This document shows positions 1-10,899 of a stretch of DNA of 64,000 nucleotides, in pieces; position 1 is the first letter of the stretch, and every line of letters starts with the position of its first letter. The position numbers and the translations under genes are program-made. Under the pieces are notes generated by a model. The model was not told the DNA's origin, did not search any database, and saw only the letters and a list, made by a program, of their open reading frames with translations. Origin of the DNA: Chlorokybus atmophyticus (taxonomy: Eukaryota; Plantae; Mesostigma and Chlorokybus algae); contig RHPI01000277.1 in assembly GCA_009103225.1 (NCBI GenBank), forward strand, positions 20,652-84,651, read 5' to 3'.

Positions 1-301
1 ACACCCCCACACCCCACACCCCACCACCACCTCCCCGAATTGTAGTGCTGCCGGTGCTAAGGCAAGCTGTATTGGTTGGCATGCCGCCTAATGCACTTCA
101 TGTTTGTGGCCGATACGGTGTTAGGAGGCTTCAGCATCATCCTGTGCGGTTGGGCTGTGGCTGCTTGCAACTGCACTTGGATTTTGCTTTTACTTGTTGG
201 ATGCTTTCATGACTTAGTTCTGTAACGACGGTTGTGTGGTTCAGTAGCGGTAATAGGTAGGCAAACACTAAGCTGCAGTTGCGGTTGTTGCTTCATCAGA
301 G

Positions 302-662
302 GTTTTATGGATTACTAGTATGCAACATCGTCACACCAAGCTACGTACTGTCACTTGTGCCTATCACTGCACAAGCATACTCACACATGCCAGCGGCATG
401 CAAACACGCCTACGCAACTACACTACCGCAACACAGCGTCCGCTTTCGCCGTTGGCGCCGCCGTCTGGACCGGACCCTAGCCTGGTACTGCCGCTACGAC
501 TGCCGCCCCGCGCTCTTGGATGGTGATGCCCTGGACACGCTGCAGCGCGCATGACACGCGCTGCCGGTACAGAGCCAAGTAGCCCGACAGCTTGCTCAAT
601 GGCAGGTCACGTGCAGCCAGTGCCCTCCTAGCGCATGTGTCGATGACGTCGTGAAGACAGAG
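302..662 (+). other. U1-specific 361-bp insertion with an intron-like part and a GC-rich exon-like part, flanked by a cagag direct repeat
   Basis: U6 reads cttcag-cagag-agccc with no insert, and U4 and U5 also lack it. In U1, cagag occurs at 297-301 and 658-662. Acceptor-like acacag| ends at 436. Confidence 0.75.
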
Positions 663-1314
663 AGCCCACCACCGCTCCTTACTCCCTGCCGCGGAAACCA
701 CAACCAGCCCTGCTATACTGGCACACCATTGTGCTATGTCACTCGTTGAACAGTCAATGTATTCTTGCATGCGTCACAGTGTTTTGTACAGTGCTGTGCC
801 ATGCGTGCGGGTTTTGGAACTACCTCACCTCTACAAGGACCAAGGACTATATCACGGCGGAGGTGAGCGATGGTGCGGCTGCGCTGCGCCTCATGCCGTG
901 TTCTGTAGTATACAAGTGTGAGTGTAAGTGCATGTGCGCATGCCTGTGAGCGTGCGCGTGCCGGTATTGTGCACTCATAGATGCCCAGATGCGATCAAGC
1001 ATATACAGTTTGCAAGTGCATGCGTGCGCGCCACCCACGGCATGCCCGCGTGTATGTAAAGCAGCAGGTAACCTGCAGCTTATTTCTATTGGCTACATGT
1101 AGCCAACGCAACCGCACCGTCTGAATACAGAACCATCAACAATGGCTGAGCTAGTTGAGTGCAATGTGGTCTTGCTCAGCAAGTCATTCAACCAAGCAAA
1201 AAATAAATATACACATGTACGAGCTCAACATCGCCGATCGCTGAATGTCAGTTACAACACGCTCCACGTGCATGCCAATTACATGGCGCAAATGCACACT
1301 CCACACAAGCCACA

Positions 1315-1435
1315 GTTGCCATCGTTGCCGCTTCACCCCTCGTCTTCAGAACCGTCTTCAACCTGCTGCATACTATGCTTATGTAGCGTCTGCAACAAAC
1401 TTTGCATATCAATGGGTGTCATCAGGAACAGGCAG
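1315..1435 (+). pseudogene. Possible CRAL-TRIO/Sec14-like exon remnant (second copy at 31812-31932)
   Basis: Frame reads VAIVAASPLVFRTVFNLLHTMLM*RLQQTLHING, matching by eye the CRAL-TRIO C-terminal pattern (hydrophobic-N/A-P-x-x-F-x-x-V-F-x-x-I/L-K-P-F-L...I-H-x-H-G). Ends at a CAG|GTGAGT donor and has one in-frame TAG. Confidence 0.35.
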
Positions 1436-3201
1436 GTGAGTCGTTGAGAATGGTACCCTGCATGCAGCACGCTACAACAACATCCTACCTGCGCTTATGT
1501 CTGGTCATCATAGTGGTCCGTAGCCGTGACGTGGAGAGTGCCACCCTCCACGCGCAGCACTGCACGGCCTCGAAGGCCTCTCCCCACCCACCCTTTCGGG
1601 CCAAAGTATACACAAATGCACGCACTGACAACCACCTACCCACACGCACCACACCAACCCACAGGCCCGACACTCTCTTACCAACCGATGCGCACACGTG
1701 CGTCCAAACCCATACCAGCCAATACGCCCACATGCACACCGCTGCGCGCCTGCACCTTACACACACCGGCGCGCCCACCTATCCACACCTGCATGTGGCA
1801 TTAGGAACACAAACAAAACTGCTCGTGACGCGCATGCACGCATCCACCACCACGACCCGCCCAGACGTGTGCGCACCTACCCCGGGTGCATGAGTGGCAC
1901 CGTACCACCCATGCATGTGGCATGCGGCCCACGCCCACGCACTTGCACAAGCCTTCTACACACCTGCACGCAAGCGGGTACGCACACGCTCACGGCGACG
2001 CATGCACGCATACCCCCTCTGGGGCCCATGCCACACACACACGCATGCATGCTCACGCACCACTCTTCCCCCCTTTTACGCCTAGACATACACGCTCGCA
2101 TCGCTCTAACCACATAACCACGCACCGACCCACAATCAAAGACTCACACCCATGCCCACGTGCACACCTACGCGCTCACACCCACGCCCACAAACACGCC
2201 CACATCTTTGTACACACCTGCATGCGCACAAACTCAAGGACATGCATGCCCACATGTTACCCCGCCCCTCCCCGGTGCACACAGACAGCCATAACAACAG
2301 CGCAGGCGCGCACGCTTGCAAGGCGTCACTTGCTGACCAGTGTCTTATTGTGCGTGCGTGGTGCAGCAGGGATGCTGTACAGTTCTGTGCTGTTCACATG
2401 TTTTGGGGGGGCTACCTCACTTTGACGGTGAGCGCTGGTGCGACTGTGCTGCACCTTTTGCAGTGTCCTTGCAAAGTGCAAGTACCAGTGCATGTGCCAA
2501 AAACCACGGACTCACCCAGATACCTATGCCGTCAGGCGCAGACAGCTTGCGTGCGTGCGAGCAAGTCAAAAGCAAAAGTAGGGTGCGGCAGACTAGTAGC
2601 CCGCAGTCGCATCTTTGCTGCCAATGAAACTGACATACGGTTGCAATGCGTCCATTAAAGGTGACTTACGCTGAGCCTCTCTTGCCTGCTTGACATTGCC
2701 GTGCTGGTTACGGTTGGTCAATCAACTGCGAGGTGTCCATCTGCCAACACATGTATTGCAACATGCATACTGTTGCGGCAACAGCGGCTGCCTCAAAGGC
2801 CTCCAATCATGAGACTGGTAGCTTTCTGAAATGAGAGCTGATAAGCTGTTCATGAACATTCGCCCTGCGGACGTCTCAGTCCAACTATTGGATTGGTGCG
2901 GCGCACGCATGCGTCTGCACTCGGCCTAACCAACAAGGATTTGCTGTAAACGTCACACTTGCAGTGTATTATTGCTGAAAAGAGGGACACATCTCGGCAG
3001 TTATTAATAATTCCGCATGGTAGGTGTGCTCTAAGCGCATGCTAAAGAAGACTTAAAGTCTCAGGCTGTAGCGCTCTTCATCCTAAGCAGTGTCATGCTC
3101 ATACACAAACCTGCTAGTGCTCTTCTTACTATCCACGCTGCAGCTTTCGTACCTGGTGTTGCTTTGGGCAAGGTTGCATTCATCCTTTGTAGGTGACCTG
3201 T

Positions 3202-3236
3202 GAGGCTCGCAACCATGAGTCATGGTTGCGAGCCTC
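3202..3236. repeat. Perfect palindrome with 17-bp arms and a 1-nt spacer (U6 copy ~33676-33710)
   Basis: gaggctcgcaaccatga-g-tcatggttgcgagcctc. Confidence 0.95.
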
Positions 3237-6200
3237 GCAGCACGCTCAGTTGAAACTCGCCTTGGGATGCCGCATTGCAGTCGGCTGGGCCTCCTGTGAG
3301 AGAGAGAGAGAGAAACAGAGAGAGACCACATGTGTGGAGCTCTTGTGCAAGTGGGGAGCACACGGCACGCCCGGCGGCCCGTAGTACGCATGGCCCGTCG
3401 TAGTGCTACTAGCACTCGAAGTCTCGAAGTATTAGTCGCAGTAGTACTAGTAGTATTACTAATACTACTAGCACTGGACAGCACTAGCAATAGTACAGCA
3501 ATCTGCAGGGCATTTCAGCTTTCTCATCATGGTGATGGTGCAAGATTCATGCAGGCGCTCTCAATGACTGTGTGCGGACATGGAGGGGTGGAGAGACTAT
3601 GTGTGCACGCGTGCGTGCCTGCATGGAAAGTGCACTGCTACTACGAGCACTCTCCCAAATTGACTCCTAGTATCAGTATGTGCACACCTGCGAGGTGACC
3701 AAGGTGAGCTGGTCCTTGAGCGTTCCCGCAATGGTGTCACCCAATCATAGCGTTGAACACACCCAACTCCTCCAAGCGACCAGTGCTTCTTTGCTGCAGT
3801 GTTCGTGGAAGTACTTACTGCAGATACCAAGGACAGCGGCAAGTTAGTAGCAGCCTGCATTGTAACGCTCGTTACTGATGATGCGCTCAAGTCCAACTGA
3901 GTCCGCAAGCACCATGCAGCATTGCTGATATGGGTAGCAGACACTGACCCAAGCACCAAATACCCCATTAGTTCTATAGTTGTGTGTTGCGTTCTATGCA
4001 AATGCAACGTGTAGCAGCTTGTCACCTCAGGGCCTTACGTGGTGCGTATAGGCCCTTTGCATGTAAACGGGCCAATACGCACCACATGTGCACACGTCTA
4101 TAGGCGCCATCCGTCAGTCGCAGAGTAAGCAGTTCAACGAGTTGTTCAGCGCTATTCAACGGTGTAAGCAATGGCAACAAACCTACACAACACTTCAAGC
4201 CTGCGCAAACACCTGCACGCACCTGTACGCAACAAATAATGCAAGCTGTTGAAGAGGCATTGCAGAACAAGCATGAGTCTTTGCATGCCCAAGCACAGTA
4301 AATAGCTACCAGAGGCAACGAGTGACTCTTAAGTGTGAACCTTGGAGAAGGCTTGGGTCGCACACCTGCAACCAGCCGTGCTACATGCTACCTCATCAGC
4401 ACTTACCATAGTGCAACAAGTTGTGCCACAGTTGAGCTGCCCGTTGAGCCACATGCACAGTTTTAGACAGTGTAGCTTCCAAAGGTGTCACCTGCAGTCG
4501 GACACGTCTCAGCAGCTGTGACCCTGTCAGTAACACACTTGTTTATAAACAGGATGTTTGTAGCCAACACACAACGCAGCGCTGCTGCAGTTAGCCATCA
4601 AGCTATCAACCAAACTATCGTACAGATTGCAGCGTTCGTAACTGCCAGCTCCTATCTAATGAGGATAGCTTGCAGCACTCTCATCCCCTGCTCGTTGATC
4701 ATGTGCGTGTGCACGGCTTCTAACATCAGATCAACCACATTGACCTATGGCAGAGAACACTCGGTCTGTGTTGAAGTTTTTGCATTTCAGGAAGCGATGG
4801 TGCATAGTGTGGGTTGCCTTTGCTGACGCAGCAGCCTGGGTGGGTGGCATCAAGTACTTTGACAAACTCGCACAACACGCATCTTTGTGCGTAATCGGGC
4901 CCCGGGTGCACACTGTACACTCACTTCCCACAGTGTGCACGTGGCACACACTCCCTCCTGCCTGAAGCTAGTGTGGCGCAGCGGCCTTCATCGTTGAGCT
5001 GAGTAGGTGGCGCACGCAATTGTGCTCCGCACTCCTCGCGGCACGATGCCTTTTGCACATACGAGACAGCTTGCTGGTCGCAATGCCCTACTGTGACGGT
5101 AGCAGTACACGGCGCTGCAGTGCACACCTGCAGTAAACGTAGCTTGACAGTTTTCATTGGGTGAGTTGATGAAAGCCGCTGATTGCGGTTTTTATCAATC
5201 CACTCACATAATCAGACACAGGCTGCGCAGCTTGTGTCTGATCACGCAAGCTGCCTCGTGTGCTGCTGCGACCTTGCTGTCAAGGGCATGCCAAATTTTA
5301 TAGCATGCCAGCAGACACCAAGGCGTGCTGCTTGACTGCGCAGGACGGAGGCAAAGTCGCACACAGTGTAGCGGCCACACAACCCCAGATGATTGCTCAC
5401 GGCAAGCGTCAGCACAGTCAAAGTCTCACCAGCATGCACCCAGGCATGCAAGCAACAAGCAGCCTTCTCCTGCGCAAGCCACGCACTCTTAGACCAGACG
5501 ACACAAGCAGCGCGTCCAACCTATCCACGAGCTGAAGCTGCTCCTCGCTCACCCTGCGGCATGCACACCGCCAGCTTCCTCCACGAGCTGGAGCTGCGGC
5601 TTACAGACGCCTGACACACACAAAGCCACACTAACCGGCTTGGCGCAATGTGCCGAAGCGCAAGCTTTCAATTTAGGGCTTGTATACCGGTAACAGCTTG
5701 TCACTAAAGTTGTATAACAGACCTTGTATTCGCTTGTGGGGATGCTATTGCAGGGGTATTGCTGGTGACAATTGGGGCGACCTACCCCTACCTGCATGAT
5801 GTGTACCAATTCTCTCAGCATGCACGGTTCGAGCACAGCCTCTGGTAGTTCTGTGCAGAAAATGTACGTGTATGTATGCTAGCTTCTACCTGAGAGTTGC
5901 GTCATAGACATAAGCTTTGCATGCAAAATGTAAATTGTGGTCCCCAATTTAATACATGCAGTGCGACAAGCGCAAGTAATAATAATGTGTGCATATTATT
6001 TGATGGAGAGTCATGGAGTATTTATGATTATGCCATGCAATTATAACACATGGAGCTCAAGTAGCAGTATTAATGCATTTTAACACATTAGCACATGTTA
6101 CTATCCTAAGTGAAATAAATGAGTGTGAATTCCTACAGGAAAGGAAAAGGATGCGTGCACTTGTTTGCAAATTGCAATTGGGCATGTCATTATACTTTTG

Positions 6201-6912
6201 GCAGCTCAACTTTGGCAGATGTGCACATGAACACTCCTACGTCATATTCGCCATGCATATTGTCTTAATGCATATTTTTAGCATTTTTTGCCGCAATCAA
6301 ATATAGAAATGAAAAGATTGCAACATACGAGCACTTTTCTTCTTAATTTCAACTTTAATATCTAATTTAACCAATACTAGTATTTAGTTAAGGCTTACAT
6401 GTAATTGAATGCTCACACGATGTGAGCCCTTTTATGCATGACGGCAAGTTTGTTGTGAACCAGTCCGTTGATGTACAATATTAATATACACATTTTGTCA
6501 CCAGAATCGATCAATTGCAAAATGTTCAATATAATGACATGTGGTGATTATGATATTGAAGACGTTCGAAGCATAATACCTTATCGACGGGCATTGTTGA
6601 GGGGAATCAATTCGTTGCTGAGCTGCATACTGCATTGGATATGCTTGACATTTCATGAACTTCATCACTTGCAATAATACATCGCAGTATAACGCGGCGT
6701 ATTATTGCAATAATTACTTTTGCACTTCATATATATAATGAACTGCAGCAATGTTGTAACACTAAGTGTTCCCTTACAGCGCTAGCGCTTAGGATTACAT
6801 ATAAAAGGAATTACTCAATGATGTGTGGTTAGTCTGTGAACTATTGCAACACCTGATCAATGCAAGACGTTTTTTATATACTTATCGACTATTGACAAGC
6901 TCTAAGAACTTT

Positions 6913-6957
<45 letters not shown>

Positions 6958-7251
6958 NNNNNNNNNNNNNNNNNNNNNNNNNNNNNNNNNNNNNNNNNNN
7001 NNNNNNNNNNNNNNNNNNNNNNNNNNNNNNNNNNNNNNNNNNNNNNNNNNNNNNNNNNNNNNNNNNNNNNNNNNNNNNNNNNNNNNNNNNNNNNNNNNNN
7101 NNNNNNNNNNNNNNNNNNNNNNNNNNNNNNNNNNNNNNNNNNNNNNNNNNNNNNNNNNNNNNNNNNNNNNNNNNNNNNNNNNNNNNNNNNNNNNNNNNNN
7201 NNNNNNNNNNNNNNNNNNNNNNNNNNNNNNNNNNNNNNNNNNNNNNNNNNN

Positions 7252-10200
7252 CTCCCCTCCCCCCCCGCGCCCGTCGGTGCGTTCGTGCATGTGTATGTGC
7301 CTGCGTGCGAGTGTGTGGTGGAGTGGTGGTGGGTGCGGGATGGGGTGGGTGACTGTTTGCGGACATGAAGGGAGTCGAAAAACTATATGTACGCGAGTGC
7401 ACATACATAGTTTCTCGAGTGCTCGCGCACGGGCGCGCGTGTGTGCGTGCATGCACACGCACATGCCCTGCTACCACTAGCACTTCCCACAATGCTACTC
7501 CTAGTACCTGCACACCTGCGAGGTAGTACAGGCGAGCTGGTTCTCAAGAGTTCCCGCCAGGCATACTCGTAATTCTGAACAGACTCAGCGACTCCATTCC
7601 AAGCGACTAGAAGCGCGGAGGATGCGGTGGAACTAGCAGTCTGCATTGTGACTCTCTTTGCATACGCTGTGACTCAAGTGGGGCAAGCACTATGCAGCAA
7701 TTTCATATGCGTAGTCGACACATTGTGGCACTGAGTACCATAGTGTGTGGCATTCTGCAAATGCAACGTGCAGCAGCTTGTCACCTCGCATGGTGCGTAT
7801 TGGCCTTCCGGCACAATCTGTCCGCGCCATCTGCCAGTCGCAGAGGCAATGGGTTGTGGGCGAACTGCAAGTGGCAGGGCCTTAACAAGTTTACTGATGA
7901 CACATCAGGAAGCTGTCCAGTACGGTGTCTGCCAATCCTGCGAGTAAGCAGTCAATGTGTTCAGTGCTATCAGTGGTCAATGGAGTAGCATTGGTATCAA
8001 GGCTACACGGGGCTTCAAGCCTGTGTATTCACTCACCTGCACCTGGACGAGTAGTACTAGATGGTCACATGGTCGGACACATGCGTGCAAAGGACAGTGC
8101 AGGCTGTTGAAGTTGTAATGCAGAACCTGCAACCAGAACATTCATGCCGTACTGCGAGCTCAAGCACAGTCAACCCACCAGAGGCAACCAGTGGCTGACC
8201 TCAAGTACGCTCCATGGGGCAAGATCGATTGCACCTTCATACATCTGTAGTGTATGTGTATATGCTACCTTATCAGCACACACATCACAACTTTGCTAGG
8301 CGTTGAGGCACAGTCTGCAGCTTTCGACATTGTCAACTGTTGTTGGACACCTCTCCACAGCTGTGTTACTGGTCGTGTCAGCAAAACAGTTGTCGACCAA
8401 CGTGTGCCAGCATACACAACACAGCGGTGCTACAGTCAGCTGCCTTTGACTCAACTGTAGTACAGTTTGGCAGCGTGCATGGCTGGCCAACTGTACCACA
8501 CCTACAGTGGCAGCTACCAATAGCACCGCTGCTACGCAATAGCGGCCACGTCACAACTGCTGTTGGAATGAAGATAGTTTTCAACACTCGCTCTGGTTCC
8601 CTGCCGGTTGATCATGCGTGTGTACGACTTCTAAGTTCAGCCCACCCATACATAGCTTGTACATGTGGCGGCTGAAGATATCAATTGCGCTGATGGTTTG
8701 GCGTCAATGTTGTGTGAGCTACATGTTTTGCCGCAGCATGTGGCAGTTACGCAAACTTATGCACTGCATTACGCCACATGCGCATGCAAGCACCCAGCCA
8801 CAAGCGCATACATACATACATGCACAATAGACGTCTGTGCGTAACAGGGCAGTGACTGCACAATCACTGACCACGCTATAGCAAAGTGTGGCACACACTG
8901 AGTGCGCGCCACATACTCCCCCATACCTCACCTGCCTGACGCCGCCTGGTGTGGCGCAGCACGTACAGCGTGCACGCACTGACAGCGCGGCGCTTCTGCT
9001 CACTACACCACGCACATGCGAGACAGCTTGATGGGCACGATGCACGGTAGCGGTACTGCGTTCCACGCAGTTGCACACGCAAAGCGCAGTGCAATGCTGC
9101 AGCGGGTTTATGACGAGGGGATTTCGTGCTTAACCGGGCACAGGCAAGCTACCCTCGACTGCTGCTGCTACCTTGGTGTCAAGGGCATGCTGGTGTTTGG
9201 AAAAACACGCAGCATGCCTGTTCGACGGTGACGGTTGGACACTAAGGCGCCGCCTCGGCGTACATAAGCAGCACAGTACTGTTTCAAGTACATAGGACGG
9301 AGACTGATGTGCACACAGTAGAGCAGCCACTTACAACACCAATCAGCGGCAACAGTGTTTCAGCCCCAAGCATGCACACCCACAGGCATGCAGACACTAT
9401 AAAACCACCATCACGCTTGCAAGAGGCTGCTGAGAAACATGCCACGCTACGCTTAACCCAACAAGCCCAGTTATTGCAAGCAACGCCTCAACCTGTCCAC
9501 GAGATGAAGACTGCTCCTCACCCATCTTGTGGCATGCTCACCGCCGCGGCACGTTGCCCACCCCGACTGCCCACGCTTGCTTGCCTCTGAGGCATGGCAT
9601 GGCATGGCATGGCATGGTGCGGCCCAAGCCCGTGCGGAACAGACAAAAGCAACACACCGGCCAGCGACAAGTTACAAAGTTAGTGACTCATACCAACGCC
9701 ACACGCACTGACGGCTTGCGCAAATGCCGCAGCGCAGCGCTTGGTTGTCGCCTGATTATCAGTTTGAAGTTGTTAATCGTATTCCTATTTGGGGCACAGT
9801 TCTAGGTGCCCAATAAAGCAGCGCGGCAAACATGACGGCTGTAATCATTGCCCAACCGACAATCATGATGCGATACACAGCCGTTTACGGGACTTACGCC
9901 GCCATTGTATCATACAATTTGTATGTGGGACTTACAGCCATAACAGCGGGTTTAAACCTCTGTTATAAGAGTTATGTTGCACTTGCAATATATCATTCCA
10001 TCAATGGGGTTGTTCTCTTCGTGCTTGTTGTCCACAAGCTTTCGTGCAATAAGCGAGGGTGTGACGTGTTGGTATGAAGCTTGCTAACATGCCTAATAGA
10101 AGATGCGAACCATTAATTATAAATCTTATGTGACTTTTTCAGCTAACAACTCTTGGCCACAAAAGCGCTCGAGTATCTTATTGTGTGACGTTAGCGGCTT

Positions 10201-10340
10201 GATCCTCACGCATTAAATTTCTTGATGAGGATAACCTGTACCTACACAAAAGTGTATCACCTTCATTGATATAAGATAATACTGATATCAAACATTTATA
10301 CAACACGAGTTCTTGCAACCACACAGGTGGCAAGCACGAC
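7252..10340 (-). repeat. Family-1 unit U2 (right half only; left half absent or in the gap)
   Basis: Blocks at ~7514, 7775, 8920-9030, 9520 and 9712 are colinear with U1 3560-5700, followed by an AT-rich spacer. Confidence 0.8.
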
Positions 10341-10899
10341 TTCATTACCTGTACATTATTGCATTGTAGCTACTACTAGTACTAGGATTACCGCTGAGTA
10401 GTGCCCTCCGCGCAGATAGCACGCGACCACATCATCATGCCTATAATTGGCCACGTTCATCATGATGATGGTAGCTGTGACGTTGAGGGCAAACCGCATC
10501 ACCTCGACAACCCTCCCCTCTCTGCTGCCCAGACGTGCATACGTTTGCACCCACCTACCCACATATCCACATGACCCACGCGCCCAAGCCTACGCCTGTG
10601 CCAACGCCCCAATACGCGCACCTAGACCCATGCAGGCACGCCCATCNNNNNNNNNNNNNNNNNNNNNNNNNNNNNNNNNNNNNNNNNNNNNNNNNNNNNN
10701 NNNNNNNNNNNNNNNNNNNNNNNNNNNNNNNNNNNNNNNNNNNNNNNNNNNNNNNNNNNNNNNNNNNNNNNNNNNNNNNNNNNNNNNNNNNNNNNNNNNN
10801 NNNNNNNNNNNNNNNNNNNNNNNNNNNNNNNNNNNNNNNNNNNNNNNNNNNNNNNNNNNNNNNNNNNNNNNNNNNNNNNNNNNNNNNNNNNNNNNNNNC

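Larger units (their letters stand above)
1..6900 (-). repeat. Family-1 tandem unit U1 (decayed multi-exon gene-like unit plus AT-rich spacer ~5860-6900)
   Basis: Shares ordered blocks with the other units (ctacctcac, ttgcattcgtcctttgtagg, cacctgcgaggt, cagcttgtcacctc, cgagacagcttg, terminal hairpin). Minus-strand exons with AG/GT ends include 3688-3854 and 3153-3293, the latter with two in-frame stops. Confidence 0.85.

Noticed and set aside
1402-2658. His/Thr/Cys-rich ORFs of 90-180 aa in all frames, and many similar ones elsewhere
   Set aside because: CA/TG-rich low-complexity DNA lacks stops in several frames; no domain signal.
9590-9616. (GGCAT)5 repeat
   Set aside because: Ordinary short microsatellite.
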